Source: Chrysomallon squamiferum
Taxonomy: Eukaryota; Animalia; Mollusca
Reading direction: 5' to 3'
Assembly: GCA_012295275.1 (NCBI GenBank)
Contig: CM022674.1
Coordinates: 4,960,001 to 5,024,000, forward strand
Length of the DNA: 64,000 nucleotides
Shown here: piece by piece, positions 33,018-47,646 of the stretch
Position numbering within the stretch: the stretch's first letter is position 1
Layout: each line of letters opens with the position of its first letter
Notes under the pieces: model-generated
Told to the model about the DNA's origin: nothing
What the model saw: the letters and a program-made list of their open reading frames with translations, nothing else
Databases searched by the model: none
Translations under genes and position numbers: made by a program

Positions 33018-33100
33018 TGGCGTGCTGGTAACGATGTCTAATTGTATACAGCATATAAAATGTACGTTAATGGGATCGAATCCCCAGGGAGGTCACGGTA
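33018..33100 (+). mobile_element. Possible tRNA-derived SINE head remnant
   Basis: A-box-like TGGCGTGCTGG (33018-33028) and B-box-like GGATCGAATCC (33073-33083) at Pol III-like spacing; no cloverleaf recognisable. Confidence 0.35.
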
Positions 33101-33259
33101 ACTTTACTTTTTGGCAACATTTACGACTTTTTTTGATTAGATTGTGTCTTGGTGTAACATCATTTATTTATTTTTATTTTCATTTTATTTTATTTATTGA
33201 TTGATTTATTGATTTATTGATTTATTTTTTTTTTTTTTTTTTTTTTTTTTATTATTTTA

Positions 33260-33293
<34 letters not shown>

Positions 33294-34251
33294 TTAATAT
33301 TATTATTTTTTATTTTATGATTATTATTATTATTATTATTGTTAGTAGTAGTAGTATCGTCATTATTTTCTCTCTTTTTTTTAAATTGTTTTTTGCATTT
33401 TGTATTTTTTTTTTTTTTCGACTTTTTGGTTAGACTGTGTCGTTGGGTAACATATTTTTTATCAACATGATTTTTTTTTTTTTTTTTTATTATTGTTATT
33501 ATTATTATTTAATACTTCAATCTTCTTTTTTTAATTGTCCTAGATATTTTGTATTCTTATTTCTTTTATCTTTCTACATATCTATATAATTATAATTACA
33601 ATAACTGCAAAAATCATGTAGATCTTTTTGTTTTAACTGCTTGATTTGAACGCTTACTTTTTTAACAATGTGTATCACCATTTAATTTATATGTTGTCGT
33701 TTTGACACTCACAAAAAAACAATAACAAATCGAGATAAAAATTCATAAAAATAATTTAACATACACCAGCGAATTGATCGATATATTGAACACGTTATCG
33801 CTCACTGATATTGCCGGCAAAGAACATCAATATTTTCAAAACGCTTTATTTGCTGATCTTGTCGGCAAAAGACATCAATTTTTAATATGTATTCTCTCGG
33901 CTTCTCTCTCTCCGTCGCTTTTATTTTATCTCCACGCACTGAACAAACAGTGACAGCGAGAAATAATCGAATAGGAGACGGAAGTCCGTCACTGTCGTCT
34001 GCTTTCGCTTCTGGCTGCCATTGGAAACTTGAAGCATCGATGGTTTTTGGATACGCCGTGTGGTTTTGTCTGCAGTGACTTTGTTTTTGCTTCTGGGAGT
34101 TTGTCATGGAGATGGGAAAATATTTATCTTCAACGATTGAATGAGGTGGAGGTTAAATAAAAATAATTATCATCCACTGCGAGACATTTTTTTGTAATTA
34201 ATAGCGATAACTGCAGGTTTTTGGTGACGTGATCAGAGAAAACAGACGACA

Positions 34252-34878
34252 ATGTTTAAAAGAGATTTAGTGGTAAGTTTGTTCGTTGTTGTTTTTTTTT
34301 AATTTGTTTTTTTATTTCTTATTTTCTATAACCTGAATGTTTGTTGTGAAGCGTATTTTACTAGCTAAACGCTTTACAATTAGTGCATATTTCGACTGTA
34401 AACATACGAGATGATGTCAGTTAAGACTGATTCAGAATGTATTTTGTCGTCCATTTTTTGAAACTGTTAAACAGGCATCTTCAAACAACTAAGTATTTTC
34501 ATTTATTAACAGATAATAGAAAATATTTCTATATTATTAGCCAAATATAAGTAAAATTAAAATTTTACAAAGGAAATTCACTGTAAGTACACCTCGAGAA
34601 AGTTAATTTTAAATAAATATAAATAAACAAACGTATTTGGTTAAACAGTTCTGCTGCAATTTAACCGAAATTTTTTAATCGCAAAATTTGCCAATTAGAA
34701 AATTTTCTATCTGTCTACCTGTTTCTAGTTCAAACCTATATTCTATGACAGAATGTGAATCCTATAATATGTCCTATTCGGTTTATGATTATTAGCATAT
34801 AAACCATTTTGCCCTTAATCGAAATGAATGGACACCGAAATCACGGTATCGAATATTCTCTTTCGTGTTTCCTTATAA

Positions 34879-34915
<37 letters not shown>

Positions 34916-34935
34916 TAAATAAATAAATAATAAAA

Positions 34936-34976
<41 letters not shown>

Positions 34977-35433
34977 AAATTAAATAAAATTAAAAATATA
35001 AAAAAAAAATTAAAATTGAAAATAAATAAATAACATAGCATAACAGTCATAGGACAAATACAGCAGTAATTACCTAAAGAATCAAACGACGAAACATAAT
35101 GTCAAAATATATTAATATTCATTATTTATTGCCATCAACAACTTCAACTAGCATCATCTCCTTTCTGTTAAAATTTAATAATGCAATAACCTTCCCATTG
35201 TAGTATAATTTATGAAACACGGATACCCGTCTTTGTAATATCCTATCTTTCCGTCTGTAAATTGTCGTCTGCTGAATCTGTGAAGAACATGATTATTAGA
35301 GTCGACTCATCTTTTAAGCCGGCGTTATCGAGTTAAATATTTATAGTAAATCGCAAGATTAATTGTCTTGAAAGCGCCAGGTACAGGAAATCAATCAGAA
35401 ATGATATTAACGTTCGCGAGAATTAACTTTGAT

Positions 35434-35530
<97 letters not shown>

Positions 35531-35794
35531 ATCTCTCTCTCTATCTCTTTATCTCTCTCTCTATCTATCTCTCTGTCTATCTCTCTCTGTCTGTCTCTCT
35601 CTCTGTCTATCTCTTTCTCTGTCCATCAATACTCTCTCTCTATCTCTCTCTGTCTCTCTCTCTATCTATCTCTCTCTCTGTCTATCTCTCTCTGTCTATA
35701 TCTCTCTCTATCTATCTCTCTCTCTGTCTATCTCTCTCTGACTGTCTATCTATCTATCTCTCTGTCTATTTCTCTCTGTCTGTCTATCTATCTA

Positions 35795-35884
<90 letters not shown>

Positions 35885-36285
35885 GAATGATCGTAGTCGT
35901 AAAATAAACGACTCTGTCAACGACATCAGTGACGAGGACCGCTGGGAAGGTGACCAAGATGAAGAATCTGAAGGTGAAACCAGATACGAAGAACACGTTC
36001 CTCGGTAGAATCCATTATTTCTGTTGTTGTTGTCTTCGAAGTCGTTGTTGTTGTTGTTTCATTATTGTTATAATAACAATTATTATTATTACTGTTGCTG
36101 TTGTTATTACTACTATTGTTTTGTTATTAATAGTATAGTTATTGTTATTGTTGTTGTTGTTGTTGTTGTTATAGTTATATAGGTGATTGTATTAACTTTA
36201 AAACGACTGTATCAAAAATAAATAAATAATAAAAATACCACTTTCATAACAGTAATAAAATAATTCATTATATTGCAAGCACTAC

Positions 36286-36332
<47 letters not shown>

Positions 36333-36708
36333 CAATAATAATAATAATAATAATACCTACAATTAGTATACAACACCAGCAATGATAAAAATAACAACTA
36401 GCAATAGTAATAGATCCATTCATCAATCAATAAATAACAAAACCAACACCATTTCAACAAAATACTACTACCACTACTACTACTATTACTACTACTACTA
36501 TTACTACTACTACTACTACTAACAATACTACTACTACTACTACCACTACTATTACTACTATACTACTAACAATACTACTACTACTACTACCACTACTATT
36601 ACTACTATACTACTAACAATACTACTACTACTACTACTAACAATACTACTACTACTACTACTAACAATACTACTACTACTACTACCACTACTACTACTAC
36701 TACTACTA

Positions 36709-36753
<45 letters not shown>

Positions 36754-37470
36754 AACTAACAATACTACTACCACAACTACTACTACTACTAACAATACTA
36801 CTACTACTACTAATAATAATAATAATAATAATGTTACAGGCGAACAAGAGAAGTGCACCCTATAACAGGAAACGACTACATCCCCCAGAAGGCCAAGCTG
36901 TACCGCGTGTACCGGAACAACGACAAGCTGTTTAAGGGACTTCCGGTCTCCTACAGCCGGCAACAGTTCCCAACCATCGAGTCGTTCACCACGTGGTTAA
37001 ATGAGAAGATTTCCACGCCGACGGGTAAAAACGACGTCATCGCTTTTGCTTAAATTCTGATAATCAGATTTCATTTCTAACGTAGTTCACTGATATTTCA
37101 GTTTAGTTTTAGTTTTTATACCAATGTTGTCCACTGAATTTTGATATGGTTTAGAAAAATTTAGTTTTTAAAACTGCAATAAAAAAAAAATATATATATA
37201 TATATATATAATACAAATATGTAATAAATGCCAAACCACACGTGCCTGTTTTCACATGAGTTAATCGTGTATGTCTCTACCTGACATTTTTTTATAGTTC
37301 AGAATTAACGCCTGAATTTCGTGAAGGTGTACAACCACATCACTGTTATTACGTTTTTACTGTAGTTACTGTGGTAATGAGACCAGCAGTAACAGCAGAA
37401 TCGACAGTTTAGTGGTGGTAGTCGGTATCATGTCATCGTAGCAATACCAGTAGTTATAAGATATTAATAT

Positions 37471-37558
<88 letters not shown>

Positions 37559-38269
37559 CGCACGCACGCACACATACATTTCGAATATAGACACCCTATA
37601 ATAATAGTAATAATAGAAATTATACAGTAATAACGTATTTGCATATGTAATTTTTGGTTCGTGCTAAAATCATCTTGTAGGTGTCCGGTTCCTGTTTTCC
37701 TGGCCGTCTGGATCCGAAATAAAGAGCAACGACGACTTGGATGAACAGGACTCCCGCATCCTCGTCGTGTCCTCCGTCAAAACACTCAACAAAAACATCG
37801 ACTACGGAGACGCCCTTGCTCACCCGGAATCGGTTGAACACGTGAACAGTCGGCCAAATCCGACGCAGGCCGAACCCGAGCCGGAACTCTATTCCGAGAG
37901 CGACCGATACTTTACGATTACCAGCAACCTTAAACGAAAGAGCCATGGCTTGTTCGTGCTGAATCCCGATTCGAGAGATACGTTCGCCGATCTGATGAGG
38001 GATATCATAACGAGGCTCGACATTCCTCGGCCACCAATAAAAAGTCTTCATTACAGCAAGTCACCGTACACAAAGGTATGTTTAAATAGATTCAGTTTAA
38101 ATAAACTGTGTTCAGGTTTGGATCGAAAATTTCAGAGGAAAAATGCATGTAACAGCATTATTTTGTAGTGAAATTACAACTGTATACAACAGTCTCGAAG
38201 ACGCTAGAATTTTTAAATTTTTTATTTTTATATATTTTCTTACATATCTATTTCTTCTGCTTCTACGTA

Positions 38270-38306
<37 letters not shown>

Positions 38307-39139
38307 TGTATTTGTATTTAAACTGATTTTATTTTCAGTTATATGAACGAAAACAAATAATAAAAAAAACCGCAGTTTTTTCTTTCCTTTTTGCATCTAT
38401 TTCTTTTTAACTATCCTTTCGTTGTAGTTATATGATAATATTAAATGCTATTAATATACATTAAAAAATTTATTTTACTTTATTTTATATTATTTTTTTT
38501 TTAATTTATTATTTTTATTCTTTTAATTCTTTTTTATTATTTTTTTTTTTTTCTGTCTACATCTTTTCGTTTGTTTTGTTTGTTTATATATACAAAAATA
38601 AAATCAACAACTTCTGTTCGATTCTCTCTCTATGAATCATAATTTCTTATAGGTTGTAGATAATCTATATCGAATACTGTCAACAAAATTAACTAATGGG
38701 AGATTGCTGTTATGACATCAAAGCACGTTTACATGGTCAAAGATGCATATTTAGTTCAAAACTGCGTTGCATCTAAGACATCGATAAACATAATTATATC
38801 AGTTATTGAAATTCTTTATATTCATGTATTGTTTTTAAGCACTGTGCATTGTCAACTTCAGCTATACGAAGCAAACGAGTTTTTATTTTTCAGTATTTAT
38901 ATAAATATATGTTTTCGTTATACCTAATAATCAAATGTTTTTACATTTATGTGCAACGATATAATTATCAGGTTTTTTAGTTTATCAGTATAATTATGTA
39001 TCTCTACAAAGAAAGCGGCAGACAAAAATCTGTAAAATTTATAAACTTTTATGTATTTCTTTGTTAAAAAAAAAATAATAATAAAATTCATAAAAAAATA
39101 ATAAAATAAATTTAAATAGATAAATAGATTTTTCTAGTG

Positions 39140-39184
<45 letters not shown>

Positions 39185-39607
39185 TCTAAAATTATAAAAG
39201 TGTGGCGATAATTATAATTATTGTTGAATTGTATAGTTCAAATATAAAAGGGACATAACTTTTGTGAACTATTCTATTTTAAAATGAAAAAAAAAAAACA
39301 AAAGAAAAATTACGATTGGTTCAAATAAATATAAGCACAATTTTGTTATTATAACTGAAAGGAAATATTTCATTTTTAGTCCTTTTCTTTATTTTAATTT
39401 TATTATATTTATTCTTTAGTAGTAGTAGTAGTTAGTTTTAGTTTTTTATTTTTTTTTTTTTTTTTTATTTTTGTTCAGGTTTTGAGCCTTCACCAGTTGT
39501 TCAGAGATTTTCAAAATGGCGACGGATTCTTAGCTTGTGGAGAGGAGATGATTCCCAGAGAGCTAACACAAAACAATTTATACAAGGTCAGAACATCTGC
39601 AGATTAA
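34252..39607 (+). CDS. Tandem doublecortin (DCX)-domain protein resembling the N-terminus of DCX-EMAP/EML-like proteins
   Basis: Exons 34252-34272, 35886-36004, 36840-37024, 37681-38075, 39479-39586, all phase-compatible. The 3' end either reads through to TAA 39607 or splices to 41870-41905 (DRNYDSTTAVS*). DCX1: KAKLYRVYRNNDKLFKG...ESFTTWLNEKISTPTGVRFLFSWPSG; DCX2: RYFTITSN...LNPDSRDTFADLMRDI...VLSLHQLFRDFQNGDGFLACGEE. Confidence 0.8.
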
Positions 39608-40515
39608 CATCATAAAATATCCTTCACATACGATGAGGCGAAAAAAAAAACCAACAACAACAAAAACACTTTTTCTATATTTCCTAATTAGTTTAATTTA
39701 ATTTACGTACCCTTCTACAGTTAATAATAGATTTTTATTGAGTGCTTGAAAACGAATAATAATAAAAGGAACTTCATAAACAATTAATTGCCACAATATT
39801 CCTCGTTGGTCGTAGACTGTGAACTGATAAACTTTAGGCTTTTCCAATTTAGACAGAATATTCAGTTTCACTCGTAGGGTGTAATTCCTTTCTTGATTTT
39901 ATTATATTATTATTATTATTATTTTCCTAAATAAATAAATATTTATTATTAAATAATTAAATAAATAATTTCTTTCTTGAATTTAATTTTCTTAAATAAA
40001 TAAATAAATATTAATTATTAAATATAGAAATAAGTAAAACGATGATGGAGGAAATTAAAAATAATAATAAAAATAAAAATAATAAAAATAAAACGAAGGT
40101 TTCAAGATCACTGATAAAAATAAAAACGGAGTACGTTGAGTTTACACAGTAACATTCAGTTTTGCTCGAATCACTGTTTGAGAGATTTAGAGAATTCGCA
40201 CAAAGGGCAATGGGTAACAGACTCATTCTTATGCAATTTTACGAGTGGGTTCATCATTTAAAGCAAATTCAACCTCATTTATCGTTAGCTAACGTTCTAA
40301 CACACTAACATTAAGTCTGGAACAGACACACGATTGGCGTGCTTGAATGTTTATATATAGAGTTTGTGCGAGAAGGGGAAATTCTTTAAATGATAAGTGT
40401 GTCGTGTTTTGTACTTTCTTCCGACTAATCGGAAAGAACAGAAACCGAAATCCGAGGACAGACTATTCTCTTTCATGTCTCATGACAACAACAGCAAAAA
40501 AAAAAAACAAAAAAA

Positions 40516-40546
<31 letters not shown>

Positions 40547-40659
40547 AAAATAATAATAATAATAAAAAATAATAATAATAATAATCTTTTTTCTTCTTCA
40601 CATTCTTCTGTCATAAATGTTCTGTTTTTGTATGTGGACAGAATCATTCTACTAGTTGT

Positions 40660-41492
40660 GATGTAGTGGCAGTCCTCCTATTGAAATAACATTTTCTAGC
40701 CTCTCTGTATATTTATTTGATTTAGCTAGCGGCAGTCCACCTACTAAAATAACACATCTGTATAACGTAAGCTCATATATCATTGAGTGGCTGTCCTACT
40801 AAAACAATACATTTGTATACCGTAAACTCATATATCAGTGAGCGGCAGTCCTCCTACTAAAACAATACATTTGTATACCGTAAACTCATATATCAGTGAG
40901 CGGCAGTCCTCCTACTAAAACAATTCATTTGTATACCGTAAACTCATATATCAATGAGCGGCACTCCTCCTTCTAAAACAACGCATTTGTATAACGTGAA
41001 CAACATATATTGAGCGGCAGTATAAAACAACATATTTGTAACTAAACTTGATATATCAGTGAGCGGCAGTCCTCCTACTAAAACAACATATTTGTATACC
41101 GTAAACTCATATATCAGTGAGCGGCAGTCCTCCTACTAAAACAATACATTTGTATACCGTAAACTCATATATCAGTGAGCGGCAGTCCTCCTACTAAAAC
41201 AATTCATTTGTATACCGTAAACTCATATATCAATGAGCGGCACTCCTCCTTCTAAAACAACGCATTTGTATAACGTGAGCTCATATATCAATGAGCGGCA
41301 GTCCTCCTACTAAAACAACATATTTGTATACCGTAAACTTGATATATCAGTGAGCGACAGTCCTCCTACTAAAACAACATATTTGTATACCGTAAACTCA
41401 TATATCAGTGAACGGCAGTCTTCCTACTAAAACAACACATTTGTATACTGTAAACTCATATATTAATGAGCGGCAGTCCTCTTACTAAAACA
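40660..41492. repeat. ~58 bp minisatellite (~13-14 copies) with higher-order repetition
   Basis: Unit gagcggcagtcctcctactaaaacaatacatttgtataccgtaaactcatatatcagt. The variant series at ~40820-41000 recurs at ~41100-41280. Confidence 0.92.
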
Positions 41493-43265
41493 ATGACAAT
41501 GACTTTGTTCTCATAAACTGTAGGATTATAGTACAGAGAAGAATGTATTACAACAATGTGAAAACAAATTTAAAATGCACATGCGTGGAAGTTAAACAAG
41601 ACGGTTATCTATTTCAAACTAACAGATCAGTGTGTGGCAGTCCCCTTCTAAAGCAGTGCAGTGTTATCTATATATAGCTCTTATTAAACTGGTTATAACA
41701 TAATAAACTTACCGTTTTGTTTCACAAAACACCAGCTGTATCGACTCAGTCAATAACTGGTCGCCATTTATCACGAAGCAGCGTCCATAATAGAAGAAAC
41801 CTATTCGATAAAGTCATTAAATTGATCAACAACGTTGATGCCGTTTTAGCTAGAAAGTTTTTGTTTCAGGACAGAAATTATGATTCGACTACGGCAGTCT
41901 CATAAAGTCAGTCATTGCGGCTGCCTTTTAACTTAAATTTAAATAAATAAATAAATAAATAAAAATTTACGGAGAGAAATTTTTACAGGACAGAAAGTCA
42001 GACCCAAATAAGCCATTCTTCCAACTTGATTCATAAATCTGACTGTTCTAGTTTTATATTCTTATCCAGTAAATGTAACAAAAGATGCTTTAAATTATTC
42101 ATTTATTTTACTACAGTGACCTCTGTTATATAATAATAATAAATAAAAAGAAAAAGGAAAAAAAAGAAAGTTGAATTACAGTTTCGTGTTACAGAACAAT
42201 AATCATAACTCATCCATGAGCAGTTCCATAAATTTGATTCATATGGCTTCATGTTTTAGTTAGAATTATTTTAATTACTTGTTTGAATCAGGATTATATT
42301 TATAATGACCATCTTATATATAAAAAAAAAAAATCATTTTATTTTATTTTATGATTATTATTATTATTTTCATGCCATGGTTATTTGTAGATTGCTATCA
42401 ACATGTTTTTATATTTTAATGCAACTAATACTTTACATAATTTCTTCTGTTTTTCTTATTTCAGTGATGCTACGATATCTACGTCGAATAGTTTCAACTG
42501 TCAGGACAAAAAAAAAAAAACACAAAAACAATAACTGAGAGAAAAAAAAAACTGTCTTCTAAATCGAATTCAAAGAAGACAAGAGTTGAAACTTAATTTT
42601 ATAATTTAATTTTTTGATACAAGCTGATGTAATCATTTCGACATTAAACTTATTATAATAAAAACAAACAAACCCAGAAGGACAGCCCAGAGGAAAAAAA
42701 ATAAAATATTATAATTGTCTGCTTAAAAAAAGACGAGATTAAGAAGGGAACCGTTTGTAAAGACATCTTTCCTCACTGATTTTAACTTAATCATATTTTA
42801 ATATTACGCAGAAGATATGCAGTCCTTCAAAATTACATTTTACACATACTCGTTACAACGAAAACAAATAAATAAATAAATTATTATACGTTTCCAGAAT
42901 TAATATAAATTTTATTTTATTATTATTATTTGCACTTCTTTCCGATGTATCTGCAAATAACGCTTCAGTGTGTATTTCCTTTCCATTTTTCACTTTCAGC
43001 GATTTAGTATATAAATAAATAAACAAATAAATAAATAAATAAATAATAAAATATTAACAATGTGATCCACATTCATGAAAGAATGAATGAATATTTAACA
43101 ACAGTCCAGCACGAGAAATATATCGTCCACATTCACGAGTGATCATCGTTCAAAATATACAGACAGAAGGCAACAGAAGGTTTCAAACTAGGTTTCATAC
43201 CACTTCCAGGTGAACATCGACCAGATAAAGCCAAGCCTTTTACAGATCTAAAATGTCCGTAAATA

Positions 43266-43375
<110 letters not shown>

Positions 43376-44400
43376 AATGGCAGTATAGAACTACATATTT
43401 AATATATATGTCACTTTTTTATTTTATCCATTTCTTTCTTTCTTTCTTTTATCTATTTTTTTTTTTATTATTATTATATTTTATCTTAAATTTAAAAAAG
43501 GAAAATAAAAAGTATAAATAAAACAGTATATAATGAGAAAATTGTTTCTTTAATTTGTGTTTATTGTTGATAAATCGATATGTAGCAGGTCGCTTGAATT
43601 TGAAATATTTATCACTGTCAGCAGGTTTGATTAAAATGCTTATAATAAAGGTGTATTTATTCTTTATTTATTTGTTATTATTTGTTTTCTTTAGAGAATT
43701 TGGAATTTTAAATCAACGAATACAAATAGCAGAGAAATAAAAAAAATGTGAGAGAACCACCACTCTTTTCTTCGATCGTAAAGGAAAACATTCAATTATC
43801 TTGATAACATAGGTTTGGTTTCTAAATAAAATTCCAGTAATCGATACGTATTGTTAATTTTTTTTTTTTTTTTTTTTTAAATCTTTCTCGTTTTATGTTT
43901 CGTGTCACAGGTAAATGATTACTTAAAACTCAAATATATAGCAGGTTTTGTTTAAATACTGCAGTCTTTTTAGAGATGAATTACAGTCCACGAAGGCAAA
44001 TTGCTCGAAAGTGAGTACTCCTACTGAACATGTAGGCAGTTTATGCTGATGTTCATGTAACTCATAATGTATAATGAAAAAATATATATGTATATGTATA
44101 AACACGCACACAGTATTTGCGATCGTTATTTAAAAGAAACCCACCACAAAACACTACATGTTAATATAAAAACATGTTAATGAATTTTCCTGTTCTTGAA
44201 ACCTTCTAAAAGGTAGAGATTATATTTTATTTTTACGTTCTGTTTATCTGTAGACAAGTACTCAATGTGTATTTCCCTTCAATTGTTGAGTTCTAATGAT
44301 TTACAAAAAGAAAAAAGAAATAATTAAATAATAAAAAAGGAAAAGAAATTCAAAGCAATCATAATCAGTTCGCATTTTGAATATAAATAAACCCTTTCAA

Positions 44401-44461
<61 letters not shown>

Positions 44462-44805
44462 GCACGGATGCACAGAGTACATAAGTCATATAAGACTAAG
44501 GATAGGAAACTACAGCTCTTTGATAATTAAAGAAATGTTTTAAGAAATATATTCACATCCAAAGAAAACCGAAAAATCATTATTAAAAATAGAATAAAGT
44601 ATTGCTAATTAAATGTTTCTAAAACTATATACGAATTCCGATATTGAAGTTGGGCTTTTTATAACACCGATTAAACATCAATTAAAAATCGATAAAAAAA
44701 AACAACAACTGCTGAATCAATTTAAATTTGGTCAGGTTTGCCTTCAACCTGACATCTTATCGCAGCTGTAATCAGAAGAGGATTAAAAATATTTAGTAAT
44801 ATAAT

Positions 44806-44849
<44 letters not shown>

Positions 44850-45260
44850 CGTGGGAAAGACTTTGCAATTATTAAAAATAATTACTGGTGGAATTCAGCT
44901 GAACATTGAACTTTATGTCGCAATTTGCACCGCTAATAAATGAACTTGGGGGCCCTGTTTGAGTCGATAAACGCTGGTTCAGATATTAAACTTCTCCTTT
45001 GAATGAATTCGTCATTAAAATAAACTTAATGTTCATTCAGAAATTTTAAGAACTGGATTTAAAATAATAGTAATTAAAAAAATATATATTAAAAAATTAA
45101 AAAATTCAAGAGTACAAATATGTCGTTTGCCAACAAAGTTCACAATTAATGGAGTCGTCTAATTATAGTTATCTCCCTTGACCATTAACTATCGTTACTA
45201 TGAAATGTAGATGTTTTTCTAAGATTTTCATAACATTAACTCTAAATGTAAGAAATTGAC

Positions 45261-47591
45261 ATGGATTCCAAGCTGTTGACTTTGTTACAGATATCTGATA
45301 GTGGTAAGTGTTTTATAACAGTTATTTTATTTTACATTTTACGAGAAATAATCACAACAGCTGGCTATTTGACCGATGTCGAAATAATTGTAATATCGCA
45401 CAAATCCTATACCGATTGAGTCTATAATTAAATAATAATAATAAAAACAAAAATTGAATAATAATAATAAATAATAATGTACATTAAACATTATTGTTTA
45501 AAAAAGTAAAACGTAAATTTAGAACGTAAACAATTTATCACAAGCGAATAAAGATAACATTATAGAAATGTATATGTACGATTTTCTCTTTTATCAAGGG
45601 GTTTCAGTGTTTTTTTATTAGCAGAAGAGGGAAATATTATTTGCTCCAGTTAATTCCAGATTTAAGGTTGAACAAATAAATATCTTAACAAAGACAATTA
45701 CTAGAGCTTTTAACAATATAATAATAGTAATAAAAAAAAAAAGATATATTAATTTCTCTTTATTTTGGTGTATGTGTGTGTATAAAATGACTGTCTTTAT
45801 TATTATAAATTATTTTATGATTTTTTTTTTATTATTTTTAATCTAGCTTTCCCAAGTGGAGGTTTTTCTCACAGTCTTGGTTTAGAATCTGCCATACAGC
45901 ATGGTCTCGTTAAAACAAAAGGTAACTTTAAAAAACAAATTATTAATAAATAAATAATATTTCCACAAAGACATGTTCATTTCTTATGCCAGTTCAGTTA
46001 TTAAAGTATCATTAGTTCATTTCTAATTAACTGTTTCTCATATATCAAGGACTAGTAATAGAATTTTTTATTTTTTTTATTATTATTTTTTTTTTTTATT
46101 TTATTTTATTATTTTTTTTTATATATATATATATCCAGATTTAAGGTCTGTTAGAGTGTATGTGTGTGTGGGCGCATGTTTTGAAATTTGTAAAATATTC
46201 TTTCATTGCATTGTAGCTGCATTTTGAGGTGTAAATGCTTATTTTTTATTAGAAAATGTTAAATATATACAGACACACAAACACACACACATAATTACAA
46301 AAGTTACTGTAGATATGCACATATGTATTGAAACAAGTTTTATTGGATTTACAAAAAATAATCTCAGCTTCATTTATTTGTCACTGCTAATTAACTCTTG
46401 ATAACTTGATAAATTGTGTTGTTATAAGTATTTACAGTCTTGATGTTGAATTTTTATTTCAGACAGTCTTCAATGTTTTATAACAGGATCAATGGAAAAT
46501 GCAGGTAAATAAGTTAATTACAAGCTTCTTAGAATAAAATACTAAATGCAATATTATTAATAAAAGACAGTAGAACAAGATATAGTTTAACTAGCTAACA
46601 GTAGCCATAAGCATGTGACAATTGATGATGACGATGATGATGATGATGATAAACAAACAAACAAACAAACAAAAGAACATTGACAGTTAAAATAGTTAAT
46701 TGATGACTATGATGTTCTTTGAATAGTTAAATAGCTACCATCATCTATGACATAAAATATCATCAATCTGTCAATGCATTCTTTTAATTAGTATAGTACT
46801 TGAATGACTGGCTATCATAATAATGATAAACAGTTGCAGAGCTGAATTTACTGTAAATTATGAAAATGATGCTAGCATAATATGAAAGCCATAAAAAAAA
46901 AAAAAAAAAAAAAAGCATTATGAAGGAGTATAGCTCAAATTTCCATATTTTGGTTATCACTCATCTAAGCATGAAATAGTCATATTTATGTTACAATGGT
47001 TTGCATAATGACTGCTCATAATTTTATTGATCTAAAATTTAAAGGGCAGGATTGACAGAAACTATATATTCTAAACAAAGTTCTTCTTTAAAATAATGTA
47101 CATTCAGTCGATATTCTGAATAGAATTTTCATTGATTCAAACAAATAATGTTTAAAATTTTCAGGTTCATTTGGTTTACCTTTTGTTCATGATGCTTACA
47201 ATGAAGGTCATGAAGTGTCAAAGGTCATGGCTCTTGATGACCTTTGTGAAGCTTGCCTTTCCAATCATATTGCTAAGAAAGCAAGCATGCGACAGGTAGA
47301 TGTTTTTAATGTAGTAACACAAAATAACTGGGCTGGAGAAATAATTAGTTCTGAATCTAATAACCATCAGTCAAATGATATTAATAATGAACTGGACAAA
47401 TAAATGATTTTGAACATTATTTTTAACAATAAAATCTGGCAATTATCACAATTTATTTATAACTGGTATGCAAGGTTAAAAATCTAAATAAACTGTAGTT
47501 CAGTATATTGTAAGGAAAGAAATATTTTAGTCTTGGCTTCTGAAAAACCATTTATGTGTTATTAGTAAATAATAATTCTTTTTTTTCTTTA

Positions 47592-47646
<55 letters not shown>

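Noticed and set aside
33018-33100. tRNA gene
   Set aside because: A/B-box-like motifs are present, but no acceptor stem or cloverleaf can be folded. Kept only as a low-confidence SINE remnant.
33802-34107. 101 aa (-) and 63 aa (+) ORFs upstream of the DCX gene
   Set aside because: No recognisable domain or splice linkage. More likely CpG-rich promoter or 5'UTR sequence.
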